A stretch of DNA of 64,000 nt. Source: an uncultured Anaerolineales bacterium. GTDB lineage: Bacteria > Chloroflexota > Anaerolineae > Anaerolineales > UBA11858. The position numbers and the translations under genes are program-made. The DNA is taken from assembly GCA_964406305.1 (NCBI GenBank), contig CAYORF010000001.1, positions 12,819-76,818 of the forward strand, read 5' to 3'. Numbering within the stretch: position 1 is the stretch's first letter; every line of letters starts with the position of its first letter. A model generated the notes under the pieces. That model did not search any database, was not told where the DNA came from, and saw only the letters and a program-made list of their open reading frames with translations. Positions 35,648 to 43,306 of this stretch are shown here, in pieces.

Positions 35648-35653
35648 TTCGCC

Positions 35654-35668
35654 TGATAATTATTATCT
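35654..35668. promoter_or_regulatory. Fur-family 7-1-7 box in the leader of the selenoprotein/CooC operon
   Basis: TGATAAT-T-ATTATCT matches the 7-1-7 consensus TGATAATnATTATCA at 14/15 positions. The core GATAAT-N-ATTATC is a perfect palindrome. It lies between the putative -10 (35682-35690) and the start codon. Confidence 0.5.
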
Positions 35669-35681
35669 CTAGTAAAAATGT

Positions 35682-35690
35682 ATCATACCA
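35682..35690 (-). promoter_or_regulatory. extended -10 promoter element (TGgTATGAT) for the selenoprotein operon
   Basis: On the minus strand, TGGTATGAT lies 35 nt upstream of the GTG at 35647. Confidence 0.4.
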
Positions 35691-35777
35691 CGACCGATAA
35701 GAGGGCACTTTTCCACCTGGTAGTTATCATATATTTCTAATATTAAACCGATTGATGATGTCTTCCAAAACTGGCTC

Positions 35778-35806
35778 TTGACCTGATAATTGGCTAATGT
35801 TACACT
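35778..35806 (+). promoter_or_regulatory. sigma-70-type promoter (TTGACC-17-TACACT)
   Basis: TTGACC at 35778-35783, a 17-nt spacer, and TACACT at 35801-35806. Confidence 0.5.
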
Positions 35807-35943
35807 AACGACCGGTCAAATTTAATTACCGAGGAAATTATGAACAAGCTCAATGTAAAAATCTTTTCTTCCTGCGGATACGCAGAATTATCTGGGAGGT
35901 TTCCCATTGCTTGAGCTTGTCTAACGAAATATGACATTACTTA

Positions 35944-35977
35944 AGCTCCGGGATCCTATATCCCCGGGGCTTTTTTT
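35944..35977 (+). terminator. rho-independent terminator/attenuator in the MFS leader
   Basis: AGCTCCGGG - loop - CCCGGGGCT forms 9 pairs including one G-U, followed by TTTTTTT. It lies 84 nt upstream of the MFS ATG. Confidence 0.75.
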
Positions 35978-36060
35978 CTTAATAGGATCAGGTCTCGGGT
36001 AACTCCCGCGGCCTGTTTTTTATACAGGCAACAAGTCATCAATAAGCACAAGGAATTAAA

Positions 36061-37320
36061 ATGTTGTTCAGTAATTCAATGAAGAGAGTAAATTCGATCT
36101 ACCGAGAATACCCCAAGCAGTTCTGGGTTATTGTTGGTTCAAATTTTATCGACCATGTCGGCGCCGCCTTGATCTTTCCTTTCTTCGCGCTGTACATCAC
36201 CATGAAGTTCCAGGTGGGCATGACAGAAGTGGGATTGTTGTTTGCTCTCTTCTCTGTTACGGATATGATCGGGAATATGATCGGCGGGGCGTTAACTGAT
36301 TTCCTCGGCCGAAAGACCATGATCATAATGGGCTTGATCATCAGCGCACTAACAAGCCTGGGAATGGGTTTTGTTAACCAGCTGGAATGGTTTTATGTCA
36401 TGGGAGCGGTATCTGGATTATTTGCGACTGCAGCGGGTCCAGCCCATGAGGCGATGTTGATCGATATCCTTCCGGAAAAGAAAAGATCTGAAGGATTTGG
36501 CGTGATGCGAGTAGCAATGAACCTTTCGGTTGCGATTGGTCCTGCAATAGGCGGATTCCTCGCGTCAAGGTCATACCTGATCCTGTTTATTGCGGATACG
36601 GTCACCAGCTTGATCACAGCCTTGATCGTTTATCTAGTGGTTGAGGAAAGCATGCCTGAAGAAAAGGAATCAAAAGTCAAAAAGGGCTTCAAAGATACCT
36701 TTATCGGGTATGGTGATGTATTAAAGGACAGGAAATTCATGTTGTTCGTGGTGATTTCGACGATTGCTACATTAGTTTACTCCCAGATGTACAGTACTCT
36801 GTCGGTTTTCTTAAGAGATGTGCACGGTGTTCCTGAGTCAGGCTATGGCTGGCTGATGACACTGAGTGCGGGGATGGTGGTCTTGTTCCAATTCATGATC
36901 ACCCGCAGGATCTCAAAACAACCACCGATGTTAATTTTGGCCCTGGGATCACTGCTGTATGTGATCGGCTTTGGCATGTATGGTTTTGTGGATGTTTACT
37001 TGATGTTCATGTTGGCCATGGTGATCATTACCATCGGAGAAATGGTCACAATTCCAGTTGCCCAAGCTTATGTTGGCAATGCGGCGCCGGAAGATATGCG
37101 GGGGCGTTACTCTGGAGTGATGAGTTTTTCCTGGATGATCCCCTGGATGATCGGACCGCTGCTGGCCGGATTGATCATGGATAACGGAGATCCAAACTGG
37201 GTCTGGTATGGAAGCGCCATTCTGGGAATGATTGCCACTTCGGGATTCCTGTGGCTCCGCAAGAGCCATGATCGGGATTGGACGCCTTTGATAGAGGATT
37301 CGGAATTGGAAACGGGTTAG
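36061..37320 (+). CDS. MFS transporter (drug/H+ antiporter-like)
   Basis: 419 aa with an AAGGAA SD and 12 predicted TM segments. The motif-A-like loop is GALTDFLGRKTM. Confidence 0.85.
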   Translation: MLFSNSMKRVNSIYREYPKQFWVIVGSNFIDHVGAALIFPFFALYITMKFQVGMTEVGLLFALFSVTDMIGNMIGGALTDFLGRKTMIIMGLIISALTSLGMGFVNQLEWFYVMGAVSGLFATAAGPAHEAMLIDILPEKKRSEGFGVMRVAMNLSVAIGPAIGGFLASRSYLILFIADTVTSLITALIVYLVVEESMPEEKESKVKKGFKDTFIGYGDVLKDRKFMLFVVISTIATLVYSQMYSTLSVFLRDVHGVPESGYGWLMTLSAGMVVLFQFMITRRISKQPPMLILALGSLLYVIGFGMYGFVDVYLMFMLAMVIITIGEMVTIPVAQAYVGNAAPEDMRGRYSGVMSFSWMIPWMIGPLLAGLIMDNGDPNWVWYGSAILGMIATSGFLWLRKSHDRDWTPLIEDSELETG

Positions 37321-37333
37321 AATAAGGAAAGAA

Positions 37334-38368
37334 ATGATGAAAAAGAAATTACCAATAAACTACACTTCTCGCCAGGCGGTGATGAATGACGTGCCTGAGA
37401 TCCACCGCCTGGAGGAAAAGAAATCACTTCATTATAGCGGTGTGCCGGGGTTTTCTCTGGAACGGTTGAGAAATGAGTATGAGACTCCAGGATTTGACAT
37501 TAATAAGAGTGTTCATCTGGTGGAGAATCAACAGGATAAACTTGTAGGTCTCGTGGAAGTCTGGGAACACTCCGATCCCCCGGTACATCCTTACGTGTGG
37601 ATCGCCGTGGACCCCGATCTAGAGAATCAGGGTATTGAAGACTACTTGATGGGTTGGGCAGGAGAACGGGCTTTACAAGTTATTGACCGGGTTGATCCGG
37701 ACCTTCGCGTGGCGATCCGGGCTCATACAAACCAGGCAATTGAATCCGTAGCGAAAACGCTAAAATCTGCGGGGTTAGTGCAGATCAGGCACACCTTCCG
37801 GATGCGAATTGAAATGGAGGGTGAGCCTGACGCCCCTGTTTGGCCTGAGGGTATATCCATGCGCCCTTACAATCCCGATCAGGATGCCAGGGCTATCTAT
37901 GAAGCGGATGAAGAAGTCTTCCAGGATCATTTTGGATTTATCAAAGAAGATCCAGATGAGGGCTTTAAAAAGTTTATGCACCATATGACGGGCGACGATT
38001 CATACGATCCGTCGTTATGGTACCTGGCAGTAGATGATAATGATGAAATCGTAGCTATCTGCCTTTGCCGCCGGTAAGGAGCGGAGGAAAAAGAGACGGG
38101 TTTTGTCTCCAGTCTGGGTGTAAAACGTCCCTGGAGGCGTCAGGGCATCGCCCAGGCCCTTTTACTGGAGGCTTTTGGCGAGTATTACAAACGCGGCAAG
38201 AAAAAAGTGGATCTTGGCGTTGATGCCGAATCGCTTACTGGAGCGACCGATCTGTACAAAAAAGTGGGTATGTTTGTCCTGCGCCAGTATGACATGTATG
38301 AAAAAGTACTGCGTCCGGGTAAGGATGTAAGTGTTAATGCCCTGGAACCGTCAGAAGAGTCTATGTAA
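37334..38368 (+). pseudogene. two-domain GNAT acetyltransferase interrupted by an in-frame TAA (38075-38077)
   Basis: The frame of ORF 37334..38077 continues directly after the TAA for 96 further sense codons: GAEEKETGFVSSLGVKRPWRRQGIAQALLLEAFGEYYKRGKKKVDLGVDAESLTGATDLYKKVGMFVLRQY... This stretch contains the acetyl-CoA-binding motif (R-x-x-G-x-A) that the truncated product lacks. Confidence 0.7.
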
Positions 38369-38381
38369 ACAAAGGAGATCA

Positions 38382-38990
38382 ATGATCCAAACAATCATAT
38401 TTGACCTGGGCGGGGTGTTGGTTCGCACAGAAGACCGGATACCCCGCCAGCTTCTGGCTGAAAAATTCGGTATGACATACGAAGAGATGGATAGCTTGGT
38501 TTATGGCTCTCCGACTTCAAAAGAGGCTGGAGAAGGCAAGATCAGCGCGGAACAGCACAAGGAAACCGTGTTGAAGACCCTGGGTTTGCCGTTGGATTCG
38601 TTTAAATCCTTTGGTGATGAGTTCTGGGGAGGCGACCGGTTGGATAAAAAACTGGTTGAGTTCATCGAGGGCTTGCGGGGGGAATATACCACAGCTCTGC
38701 TGAGTAATGCCTGGGACGATCTGAGGCCTTTGCTGGTGAATTTGTGGAAGATCGATGGTATCTTCGATCATATCTTCATCTCAGCCGAGGTGAAGCTGGC
38801 CAAGCCCGATCCAAGAATCTATCAGCATGTGATCAATGAACTCCAGCAAGATCCTTCAGAAATGATCTTCGTGGATGATTTTATTGAAAACGTCAAAGCT
38901 GCCAAGGCAGAAGGGCTGCATGCGATCCATTTCCGCTACAGGGATCAGGCCTTGAATGAGCTGGCAGAGTACCTTGATAGTGATCTTTAA
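38382..38990 (+). CDS. HAD family hydrolase
   Basis: AAAGGAG SD before the ATG at 38382. HAD motif I is IIFDLGGVL, motif II is LLSN, and motif III/IV is K...FVDD. Confidence 0.85.
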   Translation: MIQTIIFDLGGVLVRTEDRIPRQLLAEKFGMTYEEMDSLVYGSPTSKEAGEGKISAEQHKETVLKTLGLPLDSFKSFGDEFWGGDRLDKKLVEFIEGLRGEYTTALLSNAWDDLRPLLVNLWKIDGIFDHIFISAEVKLAKPDPRIYQHVINELQQDPSEMIFVDDFIENVKAAKAEGLHAIHFRYRDQALNELAEYLDSDL

Positions 38991-39009
38991 TTGATCAAGG
39001 TTATCATTT

Positions 39010-39600
39010 ATGACAAATAAACTTATTTTTTTAATGTCCTATTTATCTAGAAATCCCCCCTGGGATACAGGAATCACTCCCCCTGAGGTTATTGAGTTCC
39101 TGGAAGAAAAACCCCCGGGAAGGGCGCTGGATCTGGGCTGTGGGACCGGAACCAATGTAATAACACTGGCGGAGCATGGATGGCACGCAGAGGGAATCGA
39201 TTATGTGGCCCGGGCAGTGAGAGCTGCCAGGAGAAAAGCCCAAAAGAGCAACCTGGATGACAGGGTTGAGTTTCAGGTCGGGGATGTTTTATCTCCAGAG
39301 TTCTTCCGGGGGGAATATGACTTGATCCTTGATATCGGTTGTTTTCACAATATCTCAATCGATAAGGCTGATCAATATCTGGTGAATGTTCACTCTCATC
39401 TAGCTGTTGGCGGCAGCTTGCTGATTTATGCACATTTGAACGAATTTCCAGAATCTGGACATGGGGCATCTGAAGCCAGCTTAACTAAACTGGGGAAAAA
39501 GTTACAACTAGTGAAGCGAGTTGACGGAGAAGAATCCGACAGGCCTTCAGCATGGCTGGAGTATATAAAGGATCCAAATCATCGAGCGGGCTCCGAGTGA
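39010..39600 (+). CDS. class I SAM-dependent methyltransferase
   Basis: Motif I is ALDLGCGTGTNVITLAEHG. The acidic post-I residue lies in EGIDY. Confidence 0.8.
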   Translation: MTNKLIFLMSYLSRNPPWDTGITPPEVIEFLEEKPPGRALDLGCGTGTNVITLAEHGWHAEGIDYVARAVRAARRKAQKSNLDDRVEFQVGDVLSPEFFRGEYDLILDIGCFHNISIDKADQYLVNVHSHLAVGGSLLIYAHLNEFPESGHGASEASLTKLGKKLQLVKRVDGEESDRPSAWLEYIKDPNHRAGSE

Positions 39601-39610
39601 AATCGAGGAG

Positions 39611-39634
39611 GAAGTCGAGACGCTCTTCGACTTC
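39611..39634. terminator. 8-bp hairpin between convergent genes (no U tract); also part of repeat family 1
   Basis: GAAGTCGA-GACGCTCT-TCGACTTC. Confidence 0.4.
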
Positions 39635-39663
39635 GGCCCTCCGCTCTGAGACCTGGTTTGATT

Positions 39664-40623
39664 TCATTCTAATTGTTCAAAAATTTCCCTCACCTGCTCT
39701 TTGAATTTCCTCCCGTCGGTTTCCATCAGCAATTCTCTTCTTTGCTCTCTCTCAAGGCCATAGGGCTCTAAATACCCTGCTGCAAATTTCCGGAAGAGAA
39801 CCAGCCCCTTCTCGGATCCGTAAAAAGATAGTGATCGATCCAAATGGTCCAACATTAGATTTATGACCTCGGTTGAGTTGATCTCCTCGCGATCGCGCCC
39901 GGAAAAGATCCAGGGATTGAGTACAGCTCCCCGGCCGATCATTACACCGTCACAATTTGTGGCGGTGATCATGGTTTCGATATCTACTGCCTTGCGGATG
40001 CCGCCGTTACCTAGCACTGGAATCTGTAATAGGTCTTTGATATCGGCCAGAGCGTCGAGGTCTGGCTGGCCTTTGTGGCCTTGTTCCTTGGATCGCGCAT
40101 GCACGGCTACCAGGGATCCTCCAAAAGATTCGATGATCTGGGAAAGAAGCATCCCGTTCTGGCAGTCCTTCCAGCCCAGCCGGATCTTGGCAGTGACCGG
40201 CACATCTAGAGAGTTTTTTAATGTTTTGATAATCCGGGCAGCTTTGAGTGGGGTACGTATTAACCCGGCACCAGCTCCCCGCCCGGCGATGGACCGGTTG
40301 GGACATCCCATGTTAATATCGATCGCATCAGGTCCGGTCTCCTGCAGGATCAGGGCTGCCTCCAGGATTGTGTCTGCCCGGTTTCCATAGATCTGGATGA
40401 ACACCGGACGCTCAGACTCTGTGAAATGGATCTTTTCTTTGATGTAATGAGGCCGCTGGAGCACGTCTTCTGCTTTTACAAACTCTGTATAACTGATAGC
40501 TGATCCGAGTTCACGGCAAATGGAACGAAATGGCCAATCAGTATAGCCGTCCATTGGGGCTAGAATCAGGTTTCCATTGATTTCTAGATCATTTACCAGG
40601 AAAGTGGGTTGGTTTCCAGACAT
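39664..40623 (-). CDS. dus: tRNA-dihydrouridine synthase
   Basis: 319 aa with the blocks LAPMDGYTD, DINMGCP and the FMN-binding TIM-barrel pattern. Confidence 0.9.
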   Translation of the reverse strand: MSGNQPTFLVNDLEINGNLILAPMDGYTDWPFRSICRELGSAISYTEFVKAEDVLQRPHYIKEKIHFTESERPVFIQIYGNRADTILEAALILQETGPDAIDINMGCPNRSIAGRGAGAGLIRTPLKAARIIKTLKNSLDVPVTAKIRLGWKDCQNGMLLSQIIESFGGSLVAVHARSKEQGHKGQPDLDALADIKDLLQIPVLGNGGIRKAVDIETMITATNCDGVMIGRGAVLNPWIFSGRDREEINSTEVINLMLDHLDRSLSFYGSEKGLVLFRKFAAGYLEPYGLEREQRRELLMETDGRKFKEQVREIFEQLE

Positions 40624-40624
40624 C

Positions 40625-42025
40625 TTATTTTTTGACCAGGGCTTCTTTTAAAGCAAGGCTTAAAGAGCGCACTTCGATTATATTGATATCTTTTGGAAAA
40701 TCAAAACCTCCGCTGCGCAGTCGTTTGGGAATGATGGCGGACTTAAAACCAAGTTTGGCTGCTTCGCTTAATCGGTCGCTCATTCGACTAGCCATGCGCA
40801 GCTCCCCAGAAAGACCGATTTCACCGATCAGGATAGTATCTGCTTTGACAGGTACGTCTTTGATGGAGCTGGCGATGGCAGCGGCAACTGCCAGGTCGGC
40901 GGCCGGTTCACTAATCCTCAGTCCTCCAACTACATTGACAAAAACATCCTGATCTGTGAGTTTATATCCCGCCCGGCGGGTCAATACGGCTGTGATAAGA
41001 AGTAAGCGGTTGAACTCGATCCCGTTCGGTGTTCGCCGGGGATTGCCAAATGTAGTGGGATTGGTTAATCCCTGGATTTCTACCAGGATGGGTCGTGTAC
41101 CTTCCATGGTGACTGCGATCGCAGATCCTGGGGCATTGATCATGCGCTCGGCCAGGAAGGCCTCAGAAGGGTTGGTGATCTCGATCATGCCCTGCTCCTG
41201 CATTTCAAAGACTCCCACTTCTGAAGTTGCACCATAGCGGTTCTTTACGGAGCGAAGCAGTCGGTAAGCTTGGTAGCGATCGCCTTCCAAGTATAAAACC
41301 GTATCCACAATGTGTTCCAGGACTCGAGGTCCTGCGATATTGCCTTCTTTGGTGACATGGCCGATCAGGAAAATGCTGGTCCCGGTGCGTTTCGCGTATT
41401 CCCGGAGATGAGATGCGCACTCCCGGACCTGAGAAACAGAACCAGCAGAAGATTCAAATTGGGGTAAGTAGCTGGTCTGAATCGAATCAACGATCAGCAG
41501 TTTGGGTTTGATCTCTGTGGAGTGGTCGAGTATTGCATCTAGATTGGTTTCTGTTACCAACAGCAGTTTGGAGGGAAGATTAGGTACCTTGCCATCCTGA
41601 TCGCGCTGCAAACGGTCAGCCCGCATTTTGATTTGTCTTTCGGATTCTTCGCCAGAAACATACAAAACTGTTTCGTTTTCGGCAATCTCCAGAGCAATTT
41701 GCAGTAATAAGGTTGATTTGCCAATTCCGGGATCGCCGCCGATTAAGTTGATTGAGCCAGGAACCAGGCCCCCGCCCAGCACACGGGAAAACTCCTGGTG
41801 TTTAAGCCGCATTCTTTTTTCTTCGTCAGAATGGATATCCTGGATCGACCGCGGCACGGATGTTGCATTAAAACGAGCAGAGGAAGCGGATGAGGACGGG
41901 CTGCTTTTTTCAATTCGTTCTTCCGCCATGGTGTCCCAGTTGCCGCAGTTAGGGCATCGTCCCAGGTAGCGGGGATTGGAATAGCCACAGTCCTGACAAA
42001 TGTATTGTGTATAAGATTTAGCCAT
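40625..42025 (-). CDS. radA: DNA repair protein RadA
   Basis: It has an N-terminal C4 zinc finger (CQDCGY...CPNCG), Walker A GDPGIGKSTLLLQ, a KNRYG motif and a Lon-like C-terminal domain. Confidence 0.95.
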   Translation of the reverse strand: MAKSYTQYICQDCGYSNPRYLGRCPNCGNWDTMAEERIEKSSPSSSASSARFNATSVPRSIQDIHSDEEKRMRLKHQEFSRVLGGGLVPGSINLIGGDPGIGKSTLLLQIALEIAENETVLYVSGEESERQIKMRADRLQRDQDGKVPNLPSKLLLVTETNLDAILDHSTEIKPKLLIVDSIQTSYLPQFESSAGSVSQVRECASHLREYAKRTGTSIFLIGHVTKEGNIAGPRVLEHIVDTVLYLEGDRYQAYRLLRSVKNRYGATSEVGVFEMQEQGMIEITNPSEAFLAERMINAPGSAIAVTMEGTRPILVEIQGLTNPTTFGNPRRTPNGIEFNRLLLITAVLTRRAGYKLTDQDVFVNVVGGLRISEPAADLAVAAAIASSIKDVPVKADTILIGEIGLSGELRMASRMSDRLSEAAKLGFKSAIIPKRLRSGGFDFPKDINIIEVRSLSLALKEALVKK

Positions 42026-42099
42026 AAGGAAATTATAACGCCTTCATTTTATAGTAGGGTTTCCGTAAATTTAAAAATTAGGTTAGTTTGGCACCGCTC

Positions 42100-42127
42100 T
42101 TGCAAAATAAGAAATAACCGCTATAAT
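42100..42127 (+). promoter_or_regulatory. sigma-70-type promoter (TTGCAA-16-TATAAT)
   Basis: TTGCAA at 42100-42105 and TATAAT at 42122-42127. Confidence 0.55.
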
Positions 42128-42133
42128 GATTAT

Positions 42134-42147
42134 AGAACAAATGTTCT
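42134..42147. promoter_or_regulatory. LexA-type SOS box (GAAC-N4-GTTC)
   Basis: AGAACAAATGTTCT is a perfect palindrome of the Gram-positive/Chloroflexi-type LexA box. It lies 7 nt downstream of the TATAAT. Confidence 0.6.
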
Positions 42148-42173
42148 GCTTGACAAGGGATAGGGAGAATTAA

Positions 42174-42458
42174 ATGGATATTGGCATGTTGTGGTTTGAT
42201 AATGATAAAAAGTCCAGCATACCCAGCAAGGTTGAGAAAGCCGCCCGCTATTATCAAAAGAAATATGGCAAGAATCCTGATGTATGTTATGTACATCCAA
42301 AGATGGTTAAAGGGGAAAACGGGAAGAAAAATGGATCGAAGAAAATTGCAGAGGGTAATCCGCTCAAAATAGGAAAGGTCCTGGTGCTAAAAAACGACAA
42401 AGTCCTCCCGGACCATTTCTGGATCGGTATTCGCACCATGGAAGATAGGATTAGTTAG
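42174..42458 (+). CDS. hypothetical protein (94 aa), candidate SOS-regulated
   Basis: GGGAG SD. The protein is lysine-rich and I recognised no domain. A promoter and LexA-type box lie directly upstream. Confidence 0.6.
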   Translation: MDIGMLWFDNDKKSSIPSKVEKAARYYQKKYGKNPDVCYVHPKMVKGENGKKNGSKKIAEGNPLKIGKVLVLKNDKVLPDHFWIGIRTMEDRIS

Positions 42459-43302
42459 GGTGGGTGATATAGATTTCCCAGCTGCCCCAGTAGGAATCGT
42501 CTGATTCAGTTAGGCAGGTAGGTACTTCAATATCGGTAATGACCAAACCGCTGTCAGGAACTTCAAGTTGATAGGTCAACCCCGGTTCTGCCAGATAGTC
42601 TGCGTACCCCAATCCCAATTCCGGCTTTAAACCTGTATAAAATACCTCTGTTGGGTCTGTTCCCAATGAAATTTTCATTGTAATTCCAGGTACTCCTCCT
42701 CCAGAGCCATCTGTAGCGATAATTTGGATTAACGTCTCCCCCAGGGTGGGATCGCAAATTGGAGAAGAATCCTGCAGGATAAATGGAGGGGATGTAGTAG
42801 GTGATGGCGTTGGCGATGTGGGTGCTTCGCTAGTAGGTTCCCGAGTTGAACTGGCAGTATCCTGACTATTGTTTTCAGAACCGCTGCCATTATTGGATGT
42901 GCTGGAAATCTCTTCCTCTGGTATTGCTGTAACTGTAGGCGGGATAGGAGTTGCTGCCGGTCCAGCTGCAATCTGAAGCTCAGCGGAGAGATTGGCAAGC
43001 ACTTTGGCCATCTCGGTATCTCCGTTTTCAGCCAGGAATCGCTGGGCCTGGGCCGCCAAAGCCAGGGCAGGATCATCGTCTCCAATTAGTTCCAGGCGTG
43101 CTTCTGCACGTGGTAGATTGCCGTTTGCCTGGTAAGCGCGGGAGATCAATGAGCGGTAAATATCTTTGTAATCATCCCGGAGTAAATTGGGATGGGTGTC
43201 CACTTCTGTGATAGGAGAAATAACCCAAGCGTATATCATCCCCAGGGCCAGACCGAGGATCAATCCCGTCAGTAGATACCAATTACCCCGATTCTGTTCC
43301 AT
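42451..43302 (-). CDS. membrane-anchored protein with helical domain, Ser/Thr/Pro-rich linker and C-terminal beta-rich domain
   Basis: The N-terminal TM plus helical region is paralogous to the upstream gene. The start is either the ATG at 43302 or the TTG at 43314. Confidence 0.6.
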   Translation of the reverse strand: MEQNRGNWYLLTGLILGLALGMIYAWVISPITEVDTHPNLLRDDYKDIYRSLISRAYQANGNLPRAEARLELIGDDDPALALAAQAQRFLAENGDTEMAKVLANLSAELQIAAGPAATPIPPTVTAIPEEEISSTSNNGSGSENNSQDTASSTREPTSEAPTSPTPSPTTSPPFILQDSSPICDPTLGETLIQIIATDGSGGGVPGITMKISLGTDPTEVFYTGLKPELGLGYADYLAEPGLTYQLEVPDSGLVITDIEVPTCLTESDDSYWGSWEIYITHPN

Positions 43303-43306
43303 GGGA

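Noticed and set aside
38078-38368. Treating the segment after the TAA as an independent small gene.
   Set aside because: There is no start codon with an SD near its beginning, and it is in frame with the upstream GNAT ORF. It supplies that ORF's missing acetyl-CoA motif, so an interrupted single gene is more parsimonious.
39010-39600. Linking the 196-aa SAM methyltransferase to selenium or tellurium methylation (a TPMT/TehB-like role), because two selenoproteins are present.
   Set aside because: Only the generic motif I (LDLGCGTG) is recognisable. There is no specific evidence, and the gene is 3.4 kb and several unrelated genes away from the selenoprotein operon.
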